Assembly (NCBI GenBank): GCA_963704905.1
Contig: CAVPHZ010000001.1
Span: 1,089 to 65,088 of the forward strand
Reading direction: 5' to 3'
Origin: Candidatus Chisholmbacteria bacterium
Lineage (GTDB): Bacteria; Patescibacteriota; Microgenomatia; UBA1400; Chisholmbacteraceae
Length of the DNA: 64,000 nt
The stretch's first letter is position 1. Each line of letters starts with the position of its first letter. The position numbers and the translations under genes were made by a program. This document shows, one piece after another, positions 47,586-57,410 of this stretch. The notes under the pieces were generated by a model. That model ran no database searches. It was given only the letters and a program-made list of their open reading frames with translations, and had not been told where the DNA came from.

Positions 47586-48311
47586 ATGAGGATTATGAAA
47601 ATTGTTAAATTTTTACTAGTATCGATTTTAATTTTAATACTCATTGTAATTCTGGTTCTGGGCTATTTTGGTTTTATTCCAGCACTATCAAATCTGATGG
47701 GAACTAATAAGCCTAGAGATTTGGGTGTAATGTACTCAGAAGAAATGTATCTTTCAGGTCTTGAAAAAAGCGGAGTAGAAATAAAAACATTACCAATCAG
47801 CTCGGGAGAAACCATTTCCTACGAAGGGAGTCATTCTGTGACAGCCTCATTTACTGATGATGAATTAACCTCAAATTCTCACTGGAAAGAAGAGTGGTCA
47901 GATTTTCCAATTCGAGAAGTTCAGGTGCGAATCAATGATGATAATAGCGCTGAAGTATCTGGAGTCCTTGTACTCGATAAGATGGATGACTTTCTTGCGA
48001 CTATGAATATCAGTCCAGAAGGGTATCGTGAAGCATTGAGCCGAGCAAAGATTCCAATCACTGATATTGCATTTTATGGAAAAGGAACTGGTGTTGCTCG
48101 GAACAATTCGCTCGAGATTAGCATTTCAGCCGTTGAGGTCGGACGATTTCCGGTTCCAATAGGAATTGTCGATGAGTATCAAGATGATTTAGCAAGTTTT
48201 GGAGAAACGCTGATGACAAGAATTCCAGGATTTTCTGTTAATGAAGCACTATTTGAAAATGGATCTATCTTCTTCAACGGTACTCTCCCCGATGCAGAAT
48301 TGAAACGCTAG
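47586..48311 (+). CDS. membrane-anchored hypothetical protein
   Basis: N-terminal TM helix, 241 aa, no recognised motif. Confidence 0.45.
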   Translation: MRIMKIVKFLLVSILILILIVILVLGYFGFIPALSNLMGTNKPRDLGVMYSEEMYLSGLEKSGVEIKTLPISSGETISYEGSHSVTASFTDDELTSNSHWKEEWSDFPIREVQVRINDDNSAEVSGVLVLDKMDDFLATMNISPEGYREALSRAKIPITDIAFYGKGTGVARNNSLEISISAVEVGRFPVPIGIVDEYQDDLASFGETLMTRIPGFSVNEALFENGSIFFNGTLPDAELKR

Positions 48312-48426
48312 TTAGTTTTGTCAATACGATTTATCTAATTTAGAAATGTTTGATAAATTAATAATTAATTTCGTTTGTAAAGCTTTACTTGGATACTAGT
48401 GGTCAGGATATGAATAGAACTACTAC

Positions 48427-48879
48427 ATGACCAACACAAAAGATAAATCAGTGCTTAGGTGGTTAGTCTATACAACTCGATATATTTCTATTAAAGAAAT
48501 TGGTAAATTTTATCTGACAATTACCATTCCGCTGTTCTACCTGTTTTGTCTTTACATTATTGCAAGATTTCCTCATACGATATCTTTTCCAATTACTTAT
48601 GTGTATGCAGGATTGCTTTTAAGTTTTGTCGGAATAGTATTTTGGTTTCTCAGCTTTATTCAACTCGGAAAATCTTTTGGAGTATTACCTCAAAAGCAGA
48701 AGAGAATCCGCAGAGGTATCTATCGATATCTCAAGCACCCAATGTACGTAGGAATGAGTCTGACGTATGTTGGTTTAGGATTGGCTAACCAGTCTCAGCA
48801 AGGTCTGTTTGTTACTTTATTGTTACTCATTCCTTTGCTGGTGTTGAGAGCTTCGCTTGAAGAAAATAAATTAAGTTAA
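48427..48879 (+). CDS. ICMT/PEMT-family membrane methyltransferase (second paralog)
   Basis: RGIYRYLKHPMYVGMSLTYVGLGL motif after TM helices. Confidence 0.6.
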   Translation: MTNTKDKSVLRWLVYTTRYISIKEIGKFYLTITIPLFYLFCLYIIARFPHTISFPITYVYAGLLLSFVGIVFWFLSFIQLGKSFGVLPQKQKRIRRGIYRYLKHPMYVGMSLTYVGLGLANQSQQGLFVTLLLLIPLLVLRASLEENKLS

Positions 48880-48996
48880 TATTCGGAAATATCAATTAAT
48901 GCTGTCTCTTAAGACTTTAGCAGAGTGGCTGAGAAGAAATTAATATTTCAAGTAAATGAATTAGTCTGATGCGAGTGTAATTTTAAAATGGATAAT

Positions 48997-49806
48997 TTAG
49001 TTCAAGAGCTGATCAATAGCACTTTGAAAAACAGTAAATGGCTGGGCTCCGATGACTAATTGTCCATCGATATTTCCATCACCTGAGGATTTCCCTATTA
49101 CGAAGCTGGGTGTTCCTGAAGCTCCGGCAGCCTGTGCGTCTGCTTTGTCTTTTTTCACTTCTTCACCCTGTGCATTATCTTGAAGACAAGATGTGAAGCT
49201 ACTGGTATTCAAGCCAACATCGCTAGCTATTGATTGAATATCATCATCATTTAAACCATTTCCGTTAGAAATGGTTCTGTTAAATATCTCGTCGTGGTAT
49301 TCGAAGTATTTACTATCTCCACCCTGTTCTCGTGCACAATTGGCAGCAATTGCTTCCTTGGTTGCCATTGGATCATGAAAAGGAAGCGGAAGATCACGAT
49401 AGACTATTTTCACTTTCCCTGTATCAACATATTCTTTCTTTATCTGAGGTAGTGTTTCATCATAATGGCGCTTGCAGAATGGACATTCGTAGTCAGAAAA
49501 TTCAATGATTGTCACTGGAGCATTTGCATCACCAATTACCGGATCATCATCAACTGAAACAATAGAATTCGATGGTGGAGGTTGGCCTGGATCTGTTCCT
49601 TGGTTCGGTTGTGTTCCTCCTTGTGGCACTCCATCTTGTTGTGATCCAGTTAGTTGCGTTTTACTACCTTTTAGGAGTTCTAGTTGGCCCTGAAATCTTC
49701 CGATCAAAAATGCAGCAACTATCAATAGCAGAATCAAGAGAGGGGTAGCTGTTTTTTTCGATGGAACTGGGACTGAAATTGTTTTTTTCTCCATAACTCT
49801 TCGCAC
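48997..49806 (-). CDS. DsbA-family thiol:disulfide oxidoreductase, membrane-anchored
   Basis: N-terminal TM, Pro/Gln-rich linker, then IIEFSDYECPFCKRHY (CPFC active site). Confidence 0.8.
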   Translation of the reverse strand: MRRVMEKKTISVPVPSKKTATPLLILLLIVAAFLIGRFQGQLELLKGSKTQLTGSQQDGVPQGGTQPNQGTDPGQPPPSNSIVSVDDDPVIGDANAPVTIIEFSDYECPFCKRHYDETLPQIKKEYVDTGKVKIVYRDLPLPFHDPMATKEAIAANCAREQGGDSKYFEYHDEIFNRTISNGNGLNDDDIQSIASDVGLNTSSFTSCLQDNAQGEEVKKDKADAQAAGASGTPSFVIGKSSGDGNIDGQLVIGAQPFTVFQSAIDQLLN

Positions 49807-49857
49807 CTTTCTACTACTCAGTGTAGTAGTTACTCGTTTACCGTGTCAAGACCTAAA

Positions 49858-50811
49858 TTACTTAAAATGAGAAAATGATGTGGCTTCTGAGAAGAATTTT
49901 CTCGAGTGCTGCTGTTCACAAGCAGTTTGATTTTCGAGTACTGTTTGACTTTCCGCCTTGCTCTCGGTTGGCAATAAAAAAAGTGCAAGAAACAGAAGAG
50001 TTAAAAACAACAATGATTTTGATACGGTTTTCGGTACAGTAAAAAAAGATTCTCGCTTGCCGTACTCATTAAGTTGAAGTATTCGCAATTTCAACGATTG
50101 GTTTTGAAATGATGGTGTGTATGGAAGAGCTGGCATAGAAACAATCTTTGCAAGAGCTGATTTTAAAAATCGATTTGTACTTTGAGTTTGTAAGACATAT
50201 TTATCAGCCTGCAGTTCTATATGCGTATGATAGAGAGAGACAAGTTCTCGAACTATCGGTACAAAGAAGAATACGTCTTTAATAATTTGGCTGAAGAATA
50301 ATTTCAGTGAGTGTCTTTGCTTGATGTGTGCGAGCTCATGAAGAATCACTGCTTCTAGCTCTTGGTCGTTGATCGTTTTGAGCAGGTGTTCTGAAAGAAG
50401 TATCGTTTTCTTGAAAAATCCGAGACTTAGTGCCAAGGGATTATTATTACTAATTATTCTTATATTTATCTTCTCAAATTCCATTTTGTTCACAATGTTA
50501 GCTATACGCTTATATCCAGACTTCGATTTTGCTTCTTGAAAGGACTGGATTCTGCTTATCATCTTCACGAGTGACAAACTGGTGCTAATCACTACTACCA
50601 GAACCATGAAGGTTAGGAGACTCGCTATAAATATCCCAATTATATGCGTCGGGGAAGAAAGAAAAGCACCCAGCGATTGCTGACAGTATTCTATATAGTG
50701 AACCACTGTCGATTGTACATATTTATTCACTAACAGTAATCCAGCGAACCCAATGGAACCGGCTATGAGAAGTAGGGAATAAAATATTTGATCATCTTTC
50801 TTTAACTTCAT
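49858..50811 (-). CDS. BlaR1-like M56 peptidase with a minimal extracytoplasmic tail
   Basis: 4 TM helices, then HELAHIKQRH (HExxH) in the M56 position, a terminal TM helix and a ~35-aa tail. No penicillin-binding sensor domain. Confidence 0.75.
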   Translation of the reverse strand: MKLKKDDQIFYSLLLIAGSIGFAGLLLVNKYVQSTVVHYIEYCQQSLGAFLSSPTHIIGIFIASLLTFMVLVVVISTSLSLVKMISRIQSFQEAKSKSGYKRIANIVNKMEFEKINIRIISNNNPLALSLGFFKKTILLSEHLLKTINDQELEAVILHELAHIKQRHSLKLFFSQIIKDVFFFVPIVRELVSLYHTHIELQADKYVLQTQSTNRFLKSALAKIVSMPALPYTPSFQNQSLKLRILQLNEYGKRESFFTVPKTVSKSLLFLTLLFLALFLLPTESKAESQTVLENQTACEQQHSRKFFSEATSFSHFK

Positions 50812-51208
50812 TGAGCAATTTGAGAATATTCTCCCTTTCTTCCCGTGGTAATTTACTTATGCCACGAGCAAACGCAGCAGAAGCATCAGTACCATACACC
50901 TGCGATAATGACCTCACTGTGCTGGTAATAATTCGCTGGACAACTTGTGATTTACTCAGCTTTGGACTGTAGACAAACGCCTTTCCAACTTTTTTTCTGG
51001 ATACGATTTTTTTAGAATGCAACCTATCCAGAATCGTCATCACAGTTGTATAAGCGATCTTTTTCTTCGCTTTTAAACAACGATGAACGTCGTTTACCGT
51101 TGTCTCATCATGATTCCAAAGACAATCCATGATTTTTCTTTCCAGTGGTCCTAGGGTGGTGCTTTGGGTCATACTACAGATTGTAGTAAATAATTGAACC
51201 AATCGCAA
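50792..51208 (-). CDS. BlaI/MecI/CopY-family winged-helix repressor
   Basis: LGPLERKIMDCLWNHDETTVNDVHRCLKAKKKIAYTTVMTILDRLHSKKIVSRKK is the Penicillinase_R fold. No C-terminal Cys cluster. The true start is probably the internal Met (MTQSTTL...). Confidence 0.8.
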   Translation of the reverse strand: MRLVQLFTTICSMTQSTTLGPLERKIMDCLWNHDETTVNDVHRCLKAKKKIAYTTVMTILDRLHSKKIVSRKKVGKAFVYSPKLSKSQVVQRIITSTVRSLSQVYGTDASAAFARGISKLPREERENILKLLNEVKER

Positions 51209-52069
51209 TTATTTTTGATTCTTGAGTGCTGATTTTAGGAGCCTGTAAAAGAGATAACTTCCAACGACCACAAAGAGAATATTTATTCCAGGAATATTTT
51301 TAGTAACATTTGTGACAGATATGGCTGTATTTTGAATGGTCTGAATAACTGCAGACTCGTCAGACGGCATCCCAAGCATTCCGACCGAAGAAAGAATTAT
51401 CGTCAAGGTTCCCGTCACGGTGAATATTGCAGCGGCAATGAGGTTTGAGACGAAAACAGGATACTCTTTTTTTCCTAAGCGAATTATTCCAAGTTTCCGT
51501 TTCAGTAGTGGTTTTTCTAAAATGTTTCGTTTTTCAATGAACAGCGAGGCAATATAGAGTGGAGCAACCATGCCAAATACATAACTTAATCCGACTCCAA
51601 GCGCTTGGAATGTTGATGAACTCAGAGTGCTTAGAGCTATGACACCAATAAGAACCGGAGCACAACAGGCAGAAGTGATGCCAGAGAAAACACCTAATGT
51701 AAATGTGGAAAAGATGTCATTTTTTTGTTTTCCACTACTCAATGCAAAATTCGGCATTGGTAGTTTTATCCCCAGAAGTGAAAAAATTGCTACAAGCAGC
51801 ATAAAAAACCCTCCTACAATGTAGGTTTGGTCATGGAGCTGGAAAAAGAGTGTTGATAGCGCTTTGGCTCCTAAGACGACAGGTAGCATGACTACAAATA
51901 TTCCCAACGAATATACAATTGTCATTAAGAGAATTCTTTTTTTCTCTTTGAAAATATTTGCAAAGTACGCTGGAAGAAGGTATGAAATACAGCAAGGCGC
52001 AAACAGCGCAACCATCCCAGCTGCAAAGGCAGCAATAAGAGAAACCTGGTAGAGCGCTGATTGTCCCAT
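51209..52069 (-). CDS. CcdA/DsbD_2-like cytochrome c biogenesis-type membrane protein
   Basis: LFAPCCISYLLP in TM1 and GITSACCAPVLIG later are paired-Cys motifs, in a multi-TM protein. Confidence 0.65.
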   Translation of the reverse strand: MGQSALYQVSLIAAFAAGMVALFAPCCISYLLPAYFANIFKEKKRILLMTIVYSLGIFVVMLPVVLGAKALSTLFFQLHDQTYIVGGFFMLLVAIFSLLGIKLPMPNFALSSGKQKNDIFSTFTLGVFSGITSACCAPVLIGVIALSTLSSSTFQALGVGLSYVFGMVAPLYIASLFIEKRNILEKPLLKRKLGIIRLGKKEYPVFVSNLIAAAIFTVTGTLTIILSSVGMLGMPSDESAVIQTIQNTAISVTNVTKNIPGINILFVVVGSYLFYRLLKSALKNQK

Positions 52070-52072
52070 AAT

Positions 52073-54244
52073 TTAGATTTCCACTTTGAGATTTGCTTTG
52101 CGCAGAGTCATTGCGTTGATGACAACAATAACTGAGGAGAGACTCATCAGGAGAGCTCCAAATGCTGGTGTGAGTTTAAAACCAAGCGGAATAAAGAGAC
52201 CAGCTGCAGCAGGTATAGCAACGATGTTGTACCCTAGTGCCCACCAAAGATTTTGAACCATTTTGTTATACACTTTTCTTGAAAGAACGATTAAGCGGAC
52301 AATATGCTGAGGATTACTCTGTGTGAGTACAATATCACCAGCTTCGACGGCTACATCTGTTCCTGTACCAATTGCTATACCTACATCGGCTTGTGTTAAT
52401 GCCGGAGCGTCATTGACCCCATCACCCGCCATAATAACAACATTTCCTTCATCCTGTAGCTTCTTAAGATATTTGTATTTATCCTCCGGTAAAACTTCGG
52501 CAAATACTTTGTCTATCCCTAACTCTCTTGCGACCGGTTCCGCAGCTGCCTTCGTATCGCCTGTCAACATTGCAACTTTCACTCCCAGTTTGTGAAGTTC
52601 TTCTACTGCTTTTTTTGACTCTTCTTTAATCTGGTCACTAAGGGAAAAAATACCAATGATTTCCTTATTACTTGCAACAAACACAGGAGTTTTTCCTTGG
52701 TTGGAAATATCAGTAAGGACTGACTCTGCTTTTTCATTCCATACATTCTTCTCTTCCATAAGACGCTTGTTACCAAGAAAGTATGACTCCCCTCCTATAT
52801 TCGCTTGCATACCTCTTCCTGAAAGATTTTTTACATTCTTTGCTTCTGGTATCTTTACTTTCTGTTTATTTACATACTCCACAATCGCCATTCCAATGAC
52901 ATGAGAAGAATGTTGTTCAATTGCCCCTGCTACGGTGAGAAGGTTCTCTGTATTCCGTTGAAGTACTTCTACACCTGTAACACCAAAGTTTCCTTCAGTT
53001 AACGTTCCAGTCTTATCAAAAACCACATAGTCCGCTTTTTTAACTATTTCAATTTTTCCCATATCTTTCATGAAGACACCGTTTTTTACGGCTAAACGAG
53101 TAGCTATAGTTGAAACTGTAGGTATTGCTAACCCTAAGGCATGTGGACAGGCAATAACGAGCACTGTGATAGCGAGCGTTATTGCAAAGACAAACGATTG
53201 ACCGACAATCAAAGACCATACTAAGAGCGTGATCATTGAAACCGTGAGTGCTGAGAGTGTTAACCACTTCGAAGCACGGTCAGCCAATTTTTGAGCAGAC
53301 GGTTTGGTTTTCTGAGCTTTTGAAATAAGATCTTGAATTTGGCCGATCGTCGATGACTCTCCAACGCGTAATAGCTTTACCTCAACTGAACCGTCGATGC
53401 TAATAGCTCCAGCAACAACCTCTGCGCCTTTTCCTTTTTCAACTGGTTTGGATTCTCCGCTGAGGTGGGCTTCATTGAAATTAGCACTCCCCTTGATAAT
53501 CTCTCCATCGGCTGGAACTTTTTCTCCAGGTTTGACAAGTACAATGTCTCCTTCTTTAAGTCTATCTAGGGGAACATCTTTAACTTTGCCATTTTTTTTG
53601 AGATGTGCTTCTTTTGGTAGAAGTTTTGCTACTTCCTGAAGCGCATCACCAGCTGCCGTTGATGATTTTGCCTCGAGAAAGTGACCAAAGAGTAGAACCC
53701 AAATTAGCGTTGCTATTTCCAGATAAAACTCGACCTGTAATGCAGGAACAAATGTTGAAGCGACTGAAAATAGATAACCAGCGCCGACACCTAATGAGAC
53801 TAAAGTCATCATTCCAAATTGCTTGGCTTTAATTTCATGCTTTGCATGCTCAAAGAACACAAGTGAAAAGTAAAAGATGATGGTTGCGATGATGAACTCT
53901 AAGTATGGTCTAAGAAAGAAGTCGGGAATTCCGAGAAATTGAACTGCTGGTTTGCTGAATAATGCAAGAGGAACAAGTAGAACTGTTACAATAAAAAATC
54001 TTCCCAGAAATTCACTCGCTGCTCCTTCACCTACCATCATTGACTGATGTTCATGCCCTTCGTGATTTCCATGTTGATGATCCTCGTGATGTTTATGTTC
54101 ACCTTCACCATTTTTTTCCACCAAGTCCATGCCGCATTTTGAGCAAGACCCTGGTTTATTGCTCCTGACCTTAGAATGCATAGGACAATAGTATGATCCT
54201 TCTCCTTCGTCATGATGATCTTGGTGACCTTCACAACAAGACAT
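52073..54244 (-). CDS. copB: P1B-type heavy-metal ATPase of the CopB class (CPH motif) with a His-rich N-terminus
   Basis: DKTGTLT, GDGVNDAPAL, TGDT and the transmembrane CPH (IACPHALGL). N-terminus HQDHHDEGEGSYYCPMHS...CSKCGM...HKHHEDHQHGNHEGHEHQ. Start set at the ATG preceded by the RBS AGGAGAA (MSCCEG...). The track start at 54340 would overlap the upstream gene. Confidence 0.9.
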   Translation of the reverse strand: MSCCEGHQDHHDEGEGSYYCPMHSKVRSNKPGSCSKCGMDLVEKNGEGEHKHHEDHQHGNHEGHEHQSMMVGEGAASEFLGRFFIVTVLLVPLALFSKPAVQFLGIPDFFLRPYLEFIIATIIFYFSLVFFEHAKHEIKAKQFGMMTLVSLGVGAGYLFSVASTFVPALQVEFYLEIATLIWVLLFGHFLEAKSSTAAGDALQEVAKLLPKEAHLKKNGKVKDVPLDRLKEGDIVLVKPGEKVPADGEIIKGSANFNEAHLSGESKPVEKGKGAEVVAGAISIDGSVEVKLLRVGESSTIGQIQDLISKAQKTKPSAQKLADRASKWLTLSALTVSMITLLVWSLIVGQSFVFAITLAITVLVIACPHALGLAIPTVSTIATRLAVKNGVFMKDMGKIEIVKKADYVVFDKTGTLTEGNFGVTGVEVLQRNTENLLTVAGAIEQHSSHVIGMAIVEYVNKQKVKIPEAKNVKNLSGRGMQANIGGESYFLGNKRLMEEKNVWNEKAESVLTDISNQGKTPVFVASNKEIIGIFSLSDQIKEESKKAVEELHKLGVKVAMLTGDTKAAAEPVARELGIDKVFAEVLPEDKYKYLKKLQDEGNVVIMAGDGVNDAPALTQADVGIAIGTGTDVAVEAGDIVLTQSNPQHIVRLIVLSRKVYNKMVQNLWWALGYNIVAIPAAAGLFIPLGFKLTPAFGALLMSLSSVIVVINAMTLRKANLKVEI

Positions 54245-54261
54245 ATGTTCTCCTAACCTTG

Positions 54262-54861
54262 TTAATTTCTCTTTTTTCCTGCAATACCTTTCAAAAAGTA
54301 GATGCTTCCTGTCGTTAGAAACATGACTAGTAAGATCCAAGTAATTATTCCTCCAAGACCATACATACCATGATTAAATTTAGTTGCTTTTGTATTACCA
54401 CCAATCATCCAGGGTCGCTTCCCTGAACTATTTCCGTTGGACATATGCGAGGCAAACATTCCTCGATATGTTCCTTCACTATCATTCCCACAGCCAAGAA
54501 ATCTTGATCCCATTACAATATGAGCATTATCAAGTGATTCGGACCCCTCTCCACCCATCATACGGTCCATTCTTTCATGAAGTTCTGGATCTGGATGCAT
54601 AACTCCCATCCAGGCATCTCCGAGACGTTCAAACTCATCATTCGTCACTTCGTCACAATTTAGTTCACTTATTATGCTTACACCATGAGCTGATAAAACA
54701 TTTTCTAAAACCTCATCAATTTCTTCACTATGAGTATCTAGTTCAGCTTGAGATTCATTTTCGGAATCAAACCCCATCATGCCCATCTGTGCATTGACTG
54801 AACCGGTATAAGTGATAACGAGCGCTAATGCAAACAAGGTTGATATGATTGTTCTCTTCAT
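54262..54861 (-). CDS. secreted Met/His-rich protein with a C-terminal TM anchor (putative periplasmic Cu-binding)
   Basis: Signal peptide, then MGMMGFD, MGVMHPDPELHERMDRMMGG, MFASHM and MYGLGG segments, and a terminal TM helix. Confidence 0.45.
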   Translation of the reverse strand: MKRTIISTLFALALVITYTGSVNAQMGMMGFDSENESQAELDTHSEEIDEVLENVLSAHGVSIISELNCDEVTNDEFERLGDAWMGVMHPDPELHERMDRMMGGEGSESLDNAHIVMGSRFLGCGNDSEGTYRGMFASHMSNGNSSGKRPWMIGGNTKATKFNHGMYGLGGIITWILLVMFLTTGSIYFLKGIAGKKRN

Positions 54862-54878
54862 GTGTTCTCCTTTTTTTT

Positions 54879-55103
54879 CTAGCTTTTTATAACATTGGCG
54901 GTAATGGTTACTTCTAGACTAGGATAATTGATATTATCTGTTTCAATGTAAATGGTGCGGGTAAGTTTTCCGAGATCAGTATCATCTTTGTGAACTGCTG
55001 GATCAAAACTCACTTTTACTTTTGTGGACTCATATGGCGCGAGGGAATTCTTTTCAACTTCAGCGCTTGTACATCCGCAAGATGTTGAGACTCTAGTGAC
55101 CAT
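54879..55103 (-). CDS. DUF1573-family small protein (C-G-C motif)
   Basis: VSTSCGCTSAEVEKN...VSFDPAVH...IYIETDNINYPSLEVTITANVI parallels the 57411-57905 paralog. Confidence 0.5.
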   Translation of the reverse strand: MVTRVSTSCGCTSAEVEKNSLAPYESTKVKVSFDPAVHKDDTDLGKLTRTIYIETDNINYPSLEVTITANVIKS

Positions 55104-55149
55104 TATTGGCTGAAGGGAGTAAAATTAGTGAGTGTAAATTCTGTGTTTT

Positions 55150-55611
55150 CTACATCTCCGTAAATGACTGTTCCCAGCTCTTGATTTTCGGTGTCAAGCT
55201 AACCTCAACGTTCACTTCCCTGTAGGCATTAATTCCACCGACAAGATCGCTAACATTTGTATATCCCAGTTCCACAAGTTCTTTGCTGGCTGAGTCACTC
55301 ATTGAACCTGAGCGGCAGTAGACGAAAAGTGGCGTATTTTTGTCTTGGGGAAGTTGTGAAAGGTTCTGTGAGATTTGATTATAGGGAATGAACGCATCAG
55401 TTCCTGAAATGTGCTGTTGTTCTGGAATATGTACGTCAAGGATAAATGTATCTTTGTTGTTGATAATGTCCTGTGCTTCGAGTGCACTTACTTTTTTAAC
55501 TCCTGACTCACTTACCATGGTTTGTCCCTCTTCTCCTTTTGATTCATTTGGTATCTGCGAGTTACGTGTAGATAAATATCCACAATCCAACAAGTACAAG
55601 TATCGCAACAA
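55150..55611 (-). CDS. rhodanese-domain sulfurtransferase
   Basis: FVYCRSGSMSDSASKELVELGYTNV has the active-site Cys loop of the rhodanese fold. Confidence 0.75.
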   Translation of the reverse strand: MLRYLYLLDCGYLSTRNSQIPNESKGEEGQTMVSESGVKKVSALEAQDIINNKDTFILDVHIPEQQHISGTDAFIPYNQISQNLSQLPQDKNTPLFVYCRSGSMSDSASKELVELGYTNVSDLVGGINAYREVNVEVSLTPKIKSWEQSFTEM

Positions 55612-55744
55612 TAACTATTCTAATGTTTTTCATCGTTATCTCCCTTTTATATTAGTTTGCTCCAACGTGATCGTCACTCGGGACTCAAATTCTATAGGGT
55701 CATTTGAAAATAGCGATACTGTTCTGGTTACAGGTCCGAACTAG

Positions 55745-56265
55745 ATCAGGGTGTACTGTTGGATCATAGAAAACTCTAAGGATTGCAGTGTCTCCCGGGC
55801 GGATAGCTCACTTTCCAGTTTTTAGGATTTTCCTGTCCGTGCCCCTCCATTGTAAATGTTGGTCCGACTTCCCCGTCATAGACGAGCCGCTACGGATGTG
55901 CAGCCGCACGATGAGCTCAGTTTATGAATTTCTAAATCACTTTCTCCAAGATTTTTAAATTCAAAGTCGGTTGATACAGTTCCTTTTGCTTGACTTACTT
56001 TTCCTAGATCCTGCTTAACTTCACGAATCTCAATCTTCGGTGCGTCAGCTGGGGCAAGCTCTGCCAATTTTTGTTTTAACGCATCTTGGTCCTCCATGTT
56101 TGTTAATCTATCGATACCAAATTGTTTCGCCGTTGCCAGTATCACTTCATCTTTTGAAGATCCGCCTAATATTTGCTGGTCGATGTAATCAATCATTTGA
56201 ACCATCGCTCCGCAACATGGCTTTTCTTTATTTAAAGGTTGTCCGCAACAGGGACAAGTGAACAT
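55745..56265 (-). pseudogene. DUF1573-like paralog with an N-terminal Cys-rich segment; C-terminal half disrupted
   Basis: ORF 55876-56265 ends abruptly right after SSSCGCTSVAARL. In shifted frames the sequence continues with ...GHGQENPKNWKVSYPPG and ...ETLQSLEFSMIQQYTLI, resembling the paralog C-terminus (LEFSLSANVIN) but about 30 aa shorter. Confidence 0.4.
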
Positions 56266-56437
56266 CGGATATACTTCACTTGCCTCAACTGGTTTAATGA
56301 TTGTTTGCTTTGTGGTATGAGTAGTGTTTTTGAAATGGACTAAGTGCTGTGTTCAGTGGAGTCGACAGCAGAGCGACTAGTATCACTAGTGTTGAAAGCT
56401 GCCAGAACAGTCTTTCCCTGTTGATATTCTTCATGAT

Positions 56438-57403
56438 TTAGGCTCCACATCCTCCTCCACCTTGTGCTGGCTGTGGAAGGCTTTTAATTTTTTGTCTAGT
56501 TGTCTGATACCCTTGAGCACTCGAATACTGCGCACTCAGTGCAAGTTTCGGGTCCACTTGGTTCCACTCCTGACCTTGTTCCTTAAAATAGGTCGCAAGC
56601 TCAATGTAAGTTTGCGGAAACCAGAGTGAATTCACTTTAAGTGCAACATCGTACATTTCCTGTTCACTCACTCCATTGGCAGCCATTAGCTCCAAAAGAC
56701 CTAACATTGCCATTCCGTGGTTACAGTCAGGAAAATGGGTTGAGTTCCCACAACATGGTCTGTAAATATTTTGAGATACAGTGTCGACTAATGCTTGCTG
56801 TTGGCCGGTCAGAGTAACGTACGGATGAGTAGAGTAGTGCTCCATTGCTGGTGTTTTACTCAGTGACCAACCACCGGTTGCGGCAAACTTGCTGGCATCA
56901 CCGCCGAATTGTGCATCCGTCATTTCACCGTTTTCTAAAATGTCATTTTTGTTAGCTAACCCAAATGCCCAGAGCATATCCAGAAGAAAACGGCTGTTTT
57001 GTTGGTTCAAGACAACTGTATCGTTGAACTCTCCCGTAAGCATCTGTTCGTCGTTTTCTTGGAGTCCACCTTGAAACAATGTCTTGAGCTTTTGTTCGTC
57101 AATCACCCCATCATCTACCATGCGTTTTCCTAAATCACCCCAGGTAATGGGGAGCTCTACCCCCTCAGCTGGGATAACGATTTTTTGTTGTTCTGATACT
57201 TCCACTTGACTAGTTGGTTGGTTAGCGTTGCTTTGCGTGGAAGCTTTCTGAAAAGCTGGATTTCTTACCTTGAATTTAGGTTCAATCTTCACGGTAAATA
57301 GCTGAAGGAAAACAAGTAACCCAAAGAGAATAAGCGCCGAAGATTTCCAAAATTTTTCTGGATCCTTCATGAGATTAGGTTTTTTAATAATCTGTTTGGG
57401 CAT
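56438..57403 (-). CDS. secreted/membrane-anchored hypothetical protein with a Cys/His motif
   Basis: N-terminal TM helix, 321 aa, RPCCGNSTHFPDCNHGM motif and a C-terminal GGGGCGA. Confidence 0.45.
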   Translation of the reverse strand: MPKQIIKKPNLMKDPEKFWKSSALILFGLLVFLQLFTVKIEPKFKVRNPAFQKASTQSNANQPTSQVEVSEQQKIVIPAEGVELPITWGDLGKRMVDDGVIDEQKLKTLFQGGLQENDEQMLTGEFNDTVVLNQQNSRFLLDMLWAFGLANKNDILENGEMTDAQFGGDASKFAATGGWSLSKTPAMEHYSTHPYVTLTGQQQALVDTVSQNIYRPCCGNSTHFPDCNHGMAMLGLLELMAANGVSEQEMYDVALKVNSLWFPQTYIELATYFKEQGQEWNQVDPKLALSAQYSSAQGYQTTRQKIKSLPQPAQGGGGCGA

Positions 57404-57410
57404 ATGCCTC

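Noticed and set aside
54037-54234. 65-aa minus-strand ORF and other short ORFs inside copB
   Set aside because: They are internal alternative frames of the P-type ATPase gene.
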